Positions 46,538 through 55,818 of a stretch of DNA of 64,000 nucleotides are shown here, piece by piece. Origin of the DNA: a virus (Duplodnaviria > Caudoviricetes); the IMG/VR virus record IMGVR_UViG_3300020577_008610, positions 125,180-189,179 of that record, one strand, 5' to 3'. The translations under genes and the position numbers were made by a program. The notes beneath the pieces are model-generated. The model saw only the letters and a list, made by a program, of their open reading frames with translations. It made no database searches and was not told the origin of the DNA. Numbering within the stretch: the first letter of the stretch is position 1; the number at the start of each line of letters is the position of its first letter.

Positions 46538-46846
46538 ATGACAAAGCGTACTGTAAACAAAGGAAAACTAGCTGAGACCGTTCAGAAAGCTGTGAAGATG
46601 GCTCTTCTGGAAGCCTCCGACTCGGGTGTGGGAAAGTACGCTGAGAAGGTGGACAAGTTGGTTGAGGGCCAGATTGCTGAACTAGACAAGCTGATTGAAG
46701 AAGGCGAGAATCTGACTCAAGACGCTCCTACCCACGACTATGCCATACAAGAGAAAAATCACCTTATCATGGCCCGCGTGGGCATTTTGAAGGGCCTCAG
46801 AAGCCGTCTTATCCAGGTCATAGAAGATCTTTACCGCAATGTCTAG
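46538..46846 (+). CDS. hypothetical protein with leader
   Basis: VNKGKLAETVQKAVKMALLEA. Confidence 0.7.
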   Translation: MTKRTVNKGKLAETVQKAVKMALLEASDSGVGKYAEKVDKLVEGQIAELDKLIEEGENLTQDAPTHDYAIQEKNHLIMARVGILKGLRSRLIQVIEDLYRNV

Positions 46847-47313
46847 CGGCACTCCAACTCATTCAGGAACTCTTTCCAAATTGCCTCAAAAAAAGAATCT
46901 TCTTTAATCAAAACAGCTATCTTCTTTTTGAACTTCTTCAAATCGTCATCGATGGCAGCTTGCTCCATCCAATTTTCTCCTGGTTTCGGAAGTTTAGCAT
47001 TCAGTCGCTCTCTGGAAAGAGAGATTTTCATGATTTCCCGGACGAGTTCTTTATTCAGGAAACGTTGCATTGCAAACTCTTCCAAATAATCGTCGGTAGA
47101 GAAGATGACGCGAAAAGTCTGGTTGTTATTGATCTTTTGGTCAATGGCCACGATGGTCTTGGCGATACGATTCCCAAGGATATGCCTGTCAGCAGTGACA
47201 ATCGCCTTGGAAATGCGACTCTCTGACTTGATAAGTTTCTGAATAGCCAGACGAAGGAGTGGGGTGGAAAGTTGTGGTAGTGCTCTCATATTGGAATTAG
47301 GATGTGAGAGCAT
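46843..47313 (-). CDS. hypothetical protein
   Basis: 156-aa ORF downstream of ligase. Confidence 0.55.
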   Translation of the reverse strand: MLSHPNSNMRALPQLSTPLLRLAIQKLIKSESRISKAIVTADRHILGNRIAKTIVAIDQKINNNQTFRVIFSTDDYLEEFAMQRFLNKELVREIMKISLSRERLNAKLPKPGENWMEQAAIDDDLKKFKKKIAVLIKEDSFFEAIWKEFLNELECR

Positions 47314-47325
47314 TTTTGGATTTGT

Positions 47326-48573
47326 CTATTCCGAAACCTGCTTAGCCTCCTTTATCAACACGTCCAAGAAACTATCAGGGTAAGATCCGTCCGGACTCTT
47401 CTTCTTCTGGATGTAGTCGATCAAATCCTTGGAGCGGCCGAGGAAACGGTCAATCAAAGGGGCCATCCAAAAGCCTCGTTCCTGAATTTTCAAAGCGAAC
47501 ACCTTCCGTTTCTGAGCTTCTGGAACATCCCAAATGGCTTGGGTGGTTTCCTGATAGCCATTCTCGATTTGTTGAAACAAATGACGGGTCTGCTCTTGCA
47601 TCTCTCGTGCCCTATTCTGGATGTGAGGATCTAGAATAGGGAGAATGTCGTCCAGTTTCTCCGTGAGAATCAGCTCCATCACAGCCCTGGGAGAGTTTGT
47701 AGTTCTGTCTCGAACGCGATTGTAGGTCATATAGGCAAGGCTTTTTACTTTCACTCGATTAAAGTATTTGTCCCTGGCCACAACTCCTTCCTGTTCGAAG
47801 GGAGGTTTGGAACCTACGAAGTCCAGGAGTTCCTGGAGGTTGTTGAGCTTGTGATGGGGGCAAGGATTCACCCCAAGGACACTATGCTCAATGGATAACT
47901 CTTTCCCGTCCAAATTCTGACGAATCCCAAGGAGATGTAGTCTGTAGTTCGGGTAATTAACCACGACTCGGTTGAGAGGGGTGGTTAGTTCGAACATGTA
48001 TGCGAGGGAAGGATTTAAAGTGCCAGACCATGCCTCAAAAGCTAACTCCGGAACCACATCATTCCCAATCACGTTATTGGAGAACAAAGTCTCCTGGAGA
48101 GCCTTCTCAAAGAGCTTTCGGAAAGTCATGTCACCCCAACCGGTTATGGACTTGTCAGCCAAAGGAACCGCTCGGGTCGCAACCTGCCACTTCTTGGTGA
48201 GCAAGAAGTCGAACCAGACGATGCACAAGGTCCCATCCAGCTTTTCAAAGAAGATAGTTTTCTTGTCATCCATGTCTACGGGTGCAGCGTTGACGTCTCC
48301 GAAGTTGAAGAACCGGTCGAAAGGACGAGCCAGGATGACCGTCTTCCCCACAGACTCTTGTTGCTCCACTTGAGCCTCTGTAAGAGGCTCCTGGGTGCCT
48401 AAGATGAGTCCACGGCACTGGTTAACGATCGGTCCTGCCTTGGACTCGATTTGGTCATAGTTCAAGGAGAACATACGGTCTCCCGGCTTTGCACTAGACT
48501 TAATCCCGTGCTCGGCCTTCAGTTGAGCCAGCGAGTGATTATTCAAGTAATCCTGAACGATAGGGTTTGTCAT
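47326..48573 (-). CDS. RNA ligase, T4 Rnl1-like
   Basis: QCRGLIL, ARPFDRFFNFG, EKLDGT (motif I), FELTTPLNRVVVNY, EGVV, RVKVKSLAY. Confidence 0.9.
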   Translation of the reverse strand: MTNPIVQDYLNNHSLAQLKAEHGIKSSAKPGDRMFSLNYDQIESKAGPIVNQCRGLILGTQEPLTEAQVEQQESVGKTVILARPFDRFFNFGDVNAAPVDMDDKKTIFFEKLDGTLCIVWFDFLLTKKWQVATRAVPLADKSITGWGDMTFRKLFEKALQETLFSNNVIGNDVVPELAFEAWSGTLNPSLAYMFELTTPLNRVVVNYPNYRLHLLGIRQNLDGKELSIEHSVLGVNPCPHHKLNNLQELLDFVGSKPPFEQEGVVARDKYFNRVKVKSLAYMTYNRVRDRTTNSPRAVMELILTEKLDDILPILDPHIQNRAREMQEQTRHLFQQIENGYQETTQAIWDVPEAQKRKVFALKIQERGFWMAPLIDRFLGRSKDLIDYIQKKKSPDGSYPDSFLDVLIKEAKQVSE

Positions 48574-48768
48574 TGAGGGCCCTTGTTGGCAGCTTCCGGA
48601 TGAGGATAATAACTTTTGCCAAGAATGGAAAGTGTTTCCCTCCATCTAAATTCACGATAACAAGCGGCAGAGCAAGCAAGAGGGCCCGTGGCTTTCCCTG
48701 CGATTGGGGAGTTCTGCTCTTTTCCGCAGACGGTGCAGAACCATTTCTGTGGGCTGAATAGCATGAGA

Positions 48769-49212
48769 TTATGATCTCGGGACTTCGGATGTTGTAGATT
48801 CTTCTACGGCCTCTTCTGAGGCAGGCTGCTCTGGAGGAGCGAAGCGGACTCCTTCCATTCTTGTGCCAAGGTCTCTGAGCTGGACGATCATGTTCGAAGT
48901 CTGCTTGTTCAGCTCCTTCTTCTTCTTGTCGTTCGGAACTTCTCCCTCAACTACAGCAGTTCGAAGAGCCTCCAGCAATGTCATGGCTTCCGTGAGGGTA
49001 TCAGGGCTTGCATAAACCCTTGACTCCACAGGAGTGGTCCGAAGATAGAATTTGGAGATCCAGGTGGCAATCTGGTTGTTGTCCAAAAACATCACTTCCT
49101 TGCTGGTCTCATCCATTACCAAAATTACTTCTGGGAATTTCTTGAGATCGGTATAGTTCTTGAGATAGAACATTCTTCCAATGTATGGCTTGAACTTGCT
49201 TGGTTTTGACAT
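48769..49212 (-). CDS. hypothetical protein
   Basis: AAGGA RBS, 147 aa. Confidence 0.65.
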   Translation of the reverse strand: MSKPSKFKPYIGRMFYLKNYTDLKKFPEVILVMDETSKEVMFLDNNQIATWISKFYLRTTPVESRVYASPDTLTEAMTLLEALRTAVVEGEVPNDKKKKELNKQTSNMIVQLRDLGTRMEGVRFAPPEQPASEEAVEESTTSEVPRS

Positions 49213-49230
49213 GATTTGTTTCCTTTGGTA

Positions 49231-49659
49231 TTAGATCCAAATGTCGAAGCCGTCCCCAGAGAGGACGTTGATCAACGTTACGCCATTTGAGCGTAAAACG
49301 TGACCCAAATAGATCCCGATTGGCTTCGTGACATCGAATCCAAGTTTGATGGTGCTGTTTTGTCCATTGATCAACGTCCACGCCTTCTCTATTTGCTCGA
49401 AGGGTGGTCGATAGAGTATGGATTTACTAATATTCTGGGAGAATTCACGTAGTTGCCGGCGCCATCTGACATGATGTTCTGAAATGGGACGGGCAAAATA
49501 AACAGAACGAGACTTGGGGTACATATCACCAGCCTGAAATAGCCACTCCGGTCCCAGATGCCAGGAGTCTCCAATGTGCATAAGGCCACCTACAAAAGTA
49601 CCCGGCTTCATCGCAATGAAGTCAGCTAGAGCATGGGGGCGAATGGGTTCAGGGTTCAT
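49231..49659 (-). CDS. hypothetical protein (PIGIYLG family)
   Basis: paralog of 42829..43263. Confidence 0.6.
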   Translation of the reverse strand: MNPEPIRPHALADFIAMKPGTFVGGLMHIGDSWHLGPEWLFQAGDMYPKSRSVYFARPISEHHVRWRRQLREFSQNISKSILYRPPFEQIEKAWTLINGQNSTIKLGFDVTKPIGIYLGHVLRSNGVTLINVLSGDGFDIWI

Positions 49660-49984
49660 GAGGCTCGTTGAAGTAAGGGTTCAACACAAGATCGGTACGA
49701 ATCCAGCATTCTACCTCACCCCACAAAATATGGTAATAGTAGAAGTCTAGATTTTCCTCAAATTGCAAAGGTGGTCCAAGAATCATGACAAAGGTACCAT
49801 GAGGAATGTAGTACTTCAAACGAAATTCTATTCCATTCCAGCGTCGGCATGGACCTGTTAGAGCGTGGTTTGCCCCCTGGCGCCGAGTCCAGCCTTGCAT
49901 GCTGAACTGAGAACCATTATGGGCTACAACCCCAAACTTCCCAACGGGGATGTAATGAACATCACTCGGTTCCGGCCTGGGCAT
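49649..49984 (-). CDS. hypothetical SH3-like protein
   Basis: GTFVMILG...YHILWGEVECWI. Confidence 0.55.
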   Translation of the reverse strand: MPRPEPSDVHYIPVGKFGVVAHNGSQFSMQGWTRRQGANHALTGPCRRWNGIEFRLKYYIPHGTFVMILGPPLQFEENLDFYYYHILWGEVECWIRTDLVLNPYFNEPHEP

Positions 49985-50438
49985 CTTCTAAGCCCCATTC
50001 TGGGTGTTCTTCCAACATCTCCTGATAGAAGGTCTCGAAGAGAGATATCACGTCTATCATAGTACCGAGAGAGTTCGTCATCCAACTCTGGTGAGCAAAT
50101 TTCTCGATGTGGGAACAACACTCACAAGAGACTACGCAAATTCGGAAAAATTCATGCCTAGTCAACTTCTTTTTCTCTTGATGTACCTTCCACAAAGCAG
50201 GTGCATCCACTTCTACCCTGTAGGTGTGGACTCCAAACCAGCGGCACTTCACGCGGGCAACAAAACCAGCCGCAGAAGATGATGGTGGAACCTTTGGAAG
50301 ATCCACGTTCTTGTCCATTTCCTCTTTTAGCATGACCCTAAGACGGTCATTCTCTTCGGAGACAGTAAGCAACTTCATCTTCAGGTCTAAGTTCTCGCCA
50401 TGCAACCTGGACAACTCTGGATCTCGGTAAATACCCAT
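49962..50438 (-). CDS. hypothetical protein
   Basis: coiled N-terminus, KCRWFGVH motif. Confidence 0.55.
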   Translation of the reverse strand: MGIYRDPELSRLHGENLDLKMKLLTVSEENDRLRVMLKEEMDKNVDLPKVPPSSSAAGFVARVKCRWFGVHTYRVEVDAPALWKVHQEKKKLTRHEFFRICVVSCECCSHIEKFAHQSWMTNSLGTMIDVISLFETFYQEMLEEHPEWGLEDAQAGTE

Positions 50439-50441
50439 GCT

Positions 50442-50672
50442 CTAATTCCATTCGTTGACGACTTTTTTAACCACATACTTCTTTTGGGACAGCTCCTCCA
50501 GAAGCTTCTTCTTGTTGACATCCTGACCCACAATCTCTTGCGTATTGACTGCTAACGCTACCCAAATGCTCACTGGGGTGGGCAGGACATTCCCCGTAAT
50601 CATTCCTCGGGCCATTTCAGGGGCATTTGGAAAATGGGTAAAACGTTCCAGGATTACTGGTTTCTGGCTCAT
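50442..50672 (-). CDS. hypothetical protein
   Basis: GAGGA RBS. Confidence 0.55.
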   Translation of the reverse strand: MSQKPVILERFTHFPNAPEMARGMITGNVLPTPVSIWVALAVNTQEIVGQDVNKKKLLEELSQKKYVVKKVVNEWN

Positions 50673-50840
50673 GTATTCCTCGAAAAGGAGAGAGTGCTAT
50701 CCTTATGGGCAGCTATAGTAACTACAGCTAAAGAAAGAAGCAAGGTCTTCCGCACGGCGCCCTCAATTTCATCCGATTTCACGAACCCAGAAGCTTGATT
50801 GTAGCATACAAGGGTAAATGAGAGACTTAAGAACTTGGAT

Positions 50841-50913
50841 TGGAGACGATGCCAGGAATTGAACCCAGTCTCAGAGTTTTGCAGACTCCGCCCACCAACC
50901 CGGTGCCATCGTC
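50841..50913 (-). tRNA. tRNA-Cys(GCA)
   Basis: GACGATG/CATCGTC-T-CCA, CT-GCA-AA. Confidence 0.85.
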
Positions 50914-51055
50914 ATGAAGTGTGAACGTAGATAAGTACGTGAATGCATTCGACGCAGAGTCTCATGAAGAGACCTAAAACACAAGCCACAGAACAATTCG
51001 CAGTTCCTCCATATGCACCTGAGCGTTCCCTAGCCTATTTAAGCTAGGGTGCAAA

Positions 51056-51859
51056 ATGAGTCTCATTATCAATGGAAAGAAAGTAGATGTGCCGGGCCTT
51101 GAAGTTCACTCTTGGCTTGACGGCCCATCTTGGATCAAAGAAATTACTGACTTTTCTCACCGGTCAAAACCTGTTCACATGATTGTGTGCCATACACACA
51201 AAGGACTTAAGGGAAATCTACTCCCAGGTGCAGGTCCAGGAAGCAGTACGGCTAGTGCTCTCGTTAGATACCAGACTAATACAGCTCGTTCGGTTAGCTG
51301 GGACTATACCATCGACAACAATGGCGTAGTCTACTGCCAGAATGACCCGACCAAGAAAGTAGCATGGCAAGCAGGCAGCGTCAATGGAGTTTCCCTTGGA
51401 TTTGAGCTGGTTCAGGCTGACAATGGAGATGTTTACGAGGTTCAGATTGAAAAAGCTGTTCTTCTTATTGACGCTTTGACAGCTCTCCTTGGCATCCAGA
51501 GGCAGATTCCTTGGAATCGTGCCAAGAACCAACCGAAAATATCTCTCTGTGACAGAATTGCTGCTGGCGGAGCTGATGTAGTTGGTATTGTTGGTCACCG
51601 TAACCAAACAGCAAATCGGGGCCCAGGCGATCCTGGGGACCACATTTTCCTAGCTCTTCAAAAGGCTGGGTACGAATGCCTTGACATTAATGACAAGGAA
51701 GATTTGAAGGTCTGGAAGGAACGTCAGAAGGCTCTCGGCCTATCAGATGCCGACTGCATTGGCGTTCCAGGTCCGAAGACGCTTGCAGCTTTGAAGGCTG
51801 CTGGATACAAACACGGTTTATGGATCTCTCGCCCCGTGGATGCCTTGCTTCAGCCGTAA
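51056..51859 (+). CDS. N-acetylmuramoyl-L-alanine amidase (endolysin candidate)
   Basis: IVCHTH, SWDYTID.NG.VY, AWQAG.VN..SLGFEL, VGHR...DPG; C-terminal Q..LG...D..G..GPKT PG-binding. Confidence 0.85.
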   Translation: MSLIINGKKVDVPGLEVHSWLDGPSWIKEITDFSHRSKPVHMIVCHTHKGLKGNLLPGAGPGSSTASALVRYQTNTARSVSWDYTIDNNGVVYCQNDPTKKVAWQAGSVNGVSLGFELVQADNGDVYEVQIEKAVLLIDALTALLGIQRQIPWNRAKNQPKISLCDRIAAGGADVVGIVGHRNQTANRGPGDPGDHIFLALQKAGYECLDINDKEDLKVWKERQKALGLSDADCIGVPGPKTLAALKAAGYKHGLWISRPVDALLQP

Positions 51860-52003
51860 GCCTTAAGCATCCAAGTCAGATAACAACTCTTCCTTCTCAG
51901 CGTGCCTAGCAGGATTAATACCACCAAGCACAAACGGTACAACTAGAACCATAACAAACAAGCCCGCAATGAGTTGGAGTCCCGTTAGATTCATAGTTTG
52001 TAG

Positions 52004-52076
52004 AGCCCTCAGTGAGAGTCGAACTCACGTGACACCCATACCAAAGGTGCATAATAAGCCGTTATATGATGAGGGC
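52004..52076 (-). tRNA. tRNA-Thr(GGT)
   Basis: GCCCTCA/TGAGGGC, CACCT-TT-GGT-AT-GGGTG. Confidence 0.85.
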
Positions 52077-52175
52077 ATATCTGTTAACTACTCATCTCCA
52101 GCTTGGCTATCTTAGCATGACCAATAAAGATGTGGCAATCTCGACCTTTTCCAAATTTTGATAAAGCAATCGGCT

Positions 52176-52733
52176 TTATGGGACGATGTGTACCCGAATA
52201 ATTCTCTCTGTGCCTGCTTCGCAAGCATCCACAGAACAGACATCAAACCTCACACGAAGGCTCTCCCCTTCTTGGAGTTGCTTTCCCACCACAGACAAAC
52301 TTGGATCTTGGACGGTACTCCCAAGGGTACCGAAGCCCAGGTCAAGTCTCCAGAAGTTCATGGTGTTAGGGCAGAAGTTTTGAATCACCTCACCATCCGG
52401 AGTGGGCCATGTATGCCAAATGCCCAAAGCTCTGCCTGCCCAAACAGTTGTGGCCTGCCTTTGATCGTTCATTACCATAACCAGGCCATTGGGCCAGGAG
52501 GGGTTATTGGCGTTGCCCACATAGACTTCGGTAGCAACGTAGAGTATTCCATGCTGGAACGGCAATCCTGCATTGTCTGTGCTCTGTCGGACCTCCAGAA
52601 TGTCTTCTTGCCCAAAAGGGAAAACCACCTGGGAGGTTGCTGGAGGAGAGCAGACATCGGGACTCTGTGGAGTCACAGAAGAGGCGCAAGCCGTCAGGAC
52701 GAGACTCAGGAGCAGATATACGAGAGTTTTCAT
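52176..52733 (-). CDS. putative lipoprotein
   Basis: MKTLVYLLLSLVLTA-C lipobox. Confidence 0.7.
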   Translation of the reverse strand: MKTLVYLLLSLVLTACASSVTPQSPDVCSPPATSQVVFPFGQEDILEVRQSTDNAGLPFQHGILYVATEVYVGNANNPSWPNGLVMVMNDQRQATTVWAGRALGIWHTWPTPDGEVIQNFCPNTMNFWRLDLGFGTLGSTVQDPSLSVVGKQLQEGESLRVRFDVCSVDACEAGTERIIRVHIVP

Positions 52734-52790
52734 AAAATCAACCTAATACCAATCGAAAAAAAATCAAGATACATTCGATGCTAAATTTTG

Positions 52791-52862
52791 AGCCCACGGT
52801 GGAAGTTGAATCCACATCTCACGCCTTACCGTAGCGGCATACTGCCATTGTACGACGTGGGC
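52791..52862 (-). tRNA. atypical tRNA-Thr-like (loop AC-GGT-AA)
   Basis: GCCCACG/CGTGGGC acceptor, GTGGA-TTCAACT-TCCAC; lacks U33. Confidence 0.6.
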
Positions 52863-52940
52863 AGAAACTCATCAAATTTGCTCTCTTGGTGATGGGCGAG
52901 AGTGACGAGTGTGTTGGTGTTAACTAGGAGTTTTTGAGCT

Positions 52941-53180
52941 TCAGTTCCTTTTCTGCCTATTTTTGACCTGGGAGGTCAGATGCCACTGATGACAGTTTGG
53001 GCACTGGTAAGCCCTCATCGGGTGACCACTTTTTGTGATCTTTTTAGCCTCGGTTTTGGCTGAAATCTCCGTCCAAAATACAGTTTTTCGGAGACACATG
53101 ATGTGCCAGAATTGCTTCTGGCTCAATAGGTCTTTCTCAACATTCTCAACTCTGAGATTCTTGTGACGCTTGTGGCTCAT
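52941..53180 (-). CDS. small protein with C...RAYQCPNCHQWHLTS Zn motif
   Basis: common phage CxxK...YxCPxCxxWHLT pattern. Confidence 0.65.
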   Translation of the reverse strand: MSHKRHKNLRVENVEKDLLSQKQFWHIMCLRKTVFWTEISAKTEAKKITKSGHPMRAYQCPNCHQWHLTSQVKNRQKRN

Positions 53181-53236
53181 TGATGCTACCTCCTTCTCGT
53201 AAGTTAGCACCGATTCTCAGGTTTGCAATCGCAAAT

Positions 53237-53266
53237 AAAAAAGGTGGGTATCTTACACACCCACCT
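53237..53266 (-). terminator. intrinsic terminator
   Basis: AGGTGGGT-GTGTAAGAT-ACCCACCT-TTTTT. Confidence 0.65.
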
Positions 53267-53274
53267 CTCTCACT

Positions 53275-53349
53275 TGGCTTGGCGACTCCGACTCGAACGT
53301 AGACTCCCAAGGACATCCCCTGGCGTCCTGCCGATTACACCACCACCAC
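53275..53349 (-). pseudogene. degenerate Gln-like tRNA with scrambled anticodon loop (GGATGTC)
   Basis: TGGTGTAATCGGCAG D region, CCAGG/CTTGG stem, GTTCGAGTC, G-CCA end. Confidence 0.45.
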
Positions 53350-53514
53350 CACCGATTACAACCACAGGAAAACAAAAATGACCAGGATTGAAAATGAGAC
53401 CTATCAGAGCTCCGGGATGGATATGAGCCATCACTTATTTCTGCTATGTGCTTCTGCCTCTTGTCTTGGGCTACCGGAGCATAGTGAGCCAAACCTTGAG
53501 GGTTTGACCCGTAG

Positions 53515-53587
53515 CGGGCAGGGATGGACTTGAACCACCGACCCCCGGACGATTAATCCGGTGCTCTTGCATCTGAGCTACCTGCCC
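53515..53587 (-). tRNA. atypical tRNA, loop TT-AAT-CG
   Basis: GGGCAGG/CCTGCCC-G, CCGGA/TCCGG stem, GGTTCAAGTCC; A34 and C37 non-canonical. Confidence 0.65.
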
Positions 53588-53689
53588 AAAAACATACAGG
53601 GTGCGAATCACTTGTCTGTACGTTCCCTTACTGTAACTCACGACCCCTCGGGTTGTCTAGTGGGTAAAGTGAAAAAAATGAATTAGGAC

Positions 53690-53742
53690 AAAAGCGTGGA
53701 AGATAACCAAGAGGAGGAGGAGGAGGGAATAGTTAAGAAGAG
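53690..53742 (-). repeat. dispersed repeat copy 3
   Basis: reverse strand CCCTCCTCCTCCTCCTCTTGGTTATCTTCCACGCTTTT. Confidence 0.8.
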
Positions 53743-53743
53743 T

Positions 53744-54736
53744 ATGGCAAATCCAAAAGAAGTCCTATTTGGACCAGTGGTTGATGAGCAGAAGGATTAT
53801 TGGCAGCGCAGTAAGCTGACCCAAAGAGATGCTGCTTTGCTTGATCGGCACTTCGATGCTCGTTCTCACGGACAGAAGCTCCAAACGAACAGTATGGCGG
53901 CCTATGCTATTCCTAAAAGTCAGAAAGTAGCTCTTCGGGAGAGTAGGGTTGGGGGCATTCCAATCCCCGAGGGAGGGATGCAAGAGTGGGATGAGGCATA
54001 CATCCGAGCGCAGGCGAAGCTTGCAGCTCAAGGAGGGAATGTGTCCGTTTCGGATTCATGGGGGGGTAGAGCTCCGGGCTCTATAACAGAAGAAGTAGAC
54101 ATTGGAAGGATTCTTCAAAACAGAATGACTTCTCAGGCCGCAGCTCTTCCCATCTCCAATCATGGGCCCATGCCAGGTCATGCTATGGCAACGGGTCAAC
54201 AGCGGAGTCAACAAATTCCATCTGTTTGTACCCTTCAGGAAGGGCACACCTTCTATCAACTCCTGAAGATAGATGGCTTTGGGACCACTCAACCTTTGGT
54301 CAAAACCGGAGGTACCATTCGTGGCATCCAGGGTCGTCAGTTCCAGGTGGAAGGGCAAGTTGCCGCTTACGTGGTTGACGGCCTCCAGACGGTTGATCTG
54401 TCGAAGATGGAGCCTGGAAGAGCAAAGACTCTTGTCAGAGTCTCCGCTCCTCTTCTTGGCACCTTTTTGGTCCCGCAAGAGGCCATCCAGGAGATGTCCG
54501 GAGGAGCAGGGTCAGGCAAACAGCTTCTGATTGACTCCTCTCAGCAGTTCCGTTCGGAACAACAGATGAGGCAACAACAGCAGTACCTTCACCAGCAGCA
54601 ACAACGTCCTGGGTTGGTCGCACAAGCTCCACAGAGGTCTGTGATGCCCGCTCAACCTCGTCCAACAAATCCGCAGGAGATTCTCCAACAGCAAAGCCGC
54701 GATCTTCTACGAAGAAGAGGCATCCTTAAAGGATGA
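53744..54736 (+). CDS. hypothetical protein with Gln-rich C-terminus
   Basis: ORF 53696..54736, start placed after the repeat. Confidence 0.7.
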   Translation: MANPKEVLFGPVVDEQKDYWQRSKLTQRDAALLDRHFDARSHGQKLQTNSMAAYAIPKSQKVALRESRVGGIPIPEGGMQEWDEAYIRAQAKLAAQGGNVSVSDSWGGRAPGSITEEVDIGRILQNRMTSQAAALPISNHGPMPGHAMATGQQRSQQIPSVCTLQEGHTFYQLLKIDGFGTTQPLVKTGGTIRGIQGRQFQVEGQVAAYVVDGLQTVDLSKMEPGRAKTLVRVSAPLLGTFLVPQEAIQEMSGGAGSGKQLLIDSSQQFRSEQQMRQQQQYLHQQQQRPGLVAQAPQRSVMPAQPRPTNPQEILQQQSRDLLRRRGILKG

Positions 54737-54775
54737 ACTAGTCAAACGTCCCTTCTGACTCAAGCTGGTTGAACC

Positions 54776-54874
54776 ATGAAGTTCACCTGCAACGAATACT
54801 CTCTTAAACCCGGCATCTATAAGGTTCTCAAAGGGGAACGAAATCGCCATAAAGGATAGAGACTTGTCATTTAA
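54776..54874 (+). pseudogene. internally deleted GIY-YIG endonuclease remnant
   Basis: MKFTCNEYSLKPGIYKVL-KGERNRHKG*RLVI matches both N-terminus (EHSLKPGIYKIL) and C-terminus (QGKRKSHKGWKLAT) of 59858..60769. Confidence 0.7.
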
Positions 54875-55491
54875 ACATTCCCCACGATGATCTTAGCGTG
54901 CTCAAAGCCACCAATCTTGCGACTGTACCACCCAGAAGCCCCCATGTTGTCACCCTCAGGGTTTTTGTCTCCGTGCCAGACAATCTCTTTCCCGCCCAAG
55001 AGTTCCCGGACCTTCTTCTCATCGCTTACAGGTTTGAACCCGAGCTTTTTGATGAGGATGTTGGCCATAGCTCCTGATACTTCACTCCAGTTGCCAGGGG
55101 TTGAGTAGAAGATCTTGAGCATATCCATCAGGTATGATTTAGCTTCAGCACTTCCGTCAGTGGCAATCACTCCACCCTTGAGACCGCCTGTTGTACTGCT
55201 ATGGCTGCTCAAACGAGCCACATCAGGCTCAGGGTCATCATCTACGTCCGCTAAGTCCCACACGGGATACTCAGCTCCTACATCCCCAGGACTCCGAATT
55301 TTGGCATGGCCGCCGATTTTGGCATAACTTTTCTGGATCATATCGAAGATGTCGCCAGCCACATCCTTGGCCATCTTGCTGTCTGGCCCAACCGTTACGG
55401 TTTTATTCTTAACTCCGAGTTTGGAGTTTGCTTGCTTCATTTCATCTTCGACCAAGAAGCGGATGTACTCTTGAAGGGTGGTGGCTTTCAT
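54871..55491 (-). CDS. hypothetical protein with N-terminal leader
   Basis: MKATTLQEYIRFLVEDE; FDMIQKSYAKIGG...WSEVSG...YSRKIGG; TACTTA at 55502-55497. Confidence 0.7.
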   Translation of the reverse strand: MKATTLQEYIRFLVEDEMKQANSKLGVKNKTVTVGPDSKMAKDVAGDIFDMIQKSYAKIGGHAKIRSPGDVGAEYPVWDLADVDDDPEPDVARLSSHSSTTGGLKGGVIATDGSAEAKSYLMDMLKIFYSTPGNWSEVSGAMANILIKKLGFKPVSDEKKVRELLGGKEIVWHGDKNPEGDNMGASGWYSRKIGGFEHAKIIVGNV

Positions 55492-55507
55492 GCAAATAAG
55501 TATCACG

Positions 55508-55777
55508 TCACAGTATGAGAAGATGCCTTGGGTGCAAAGTCTTGGCAAGCAACTTTCCTGCCAAGCTCAGTTGCTTGGTGACCTTTTCATGGACAGCAGT
55601 TGAAACCTCAGGAGGCTCGTCTAAGAACACAGCTCCGTGTTCGTCGAAGACACCCAAAGAGGCTCCGATGTATTTGTTGCTTTCATGTGCGTGGAAGGGA
55701 ATTTTCCCCTCCAGAATTTCTGCTTCGCCATCTTCTAAACAGTAACCGTAGAATTGAATGCCCATACTTGGGAGCAT
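55508..55777 (-). CDS. hypothetical protein
   Basis: GGGAGG RBS. Confidence 0.5.
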   Translation of the reverse strand: MLPSMGIQFYGYCLEDGEAEILEGKIPFHAHESNKYIGASLGVFDEHGAVFLDEPPEVSTAVHEKVTKQLSLAGKLLAKTLHPRHLLIL

Positions 55778-55818
55778 AACCTCCCATCTTAGGAATTCAA
55801 CCCTATTTACCCTTTGAC

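Noticed and set aside
54737-54775. Readthrough fusion of the Gln-rich gene to the GIY-YIG relic
   Set aside because: It would need two TGA readthroughs into a pseudogene; likely coincidental frame.
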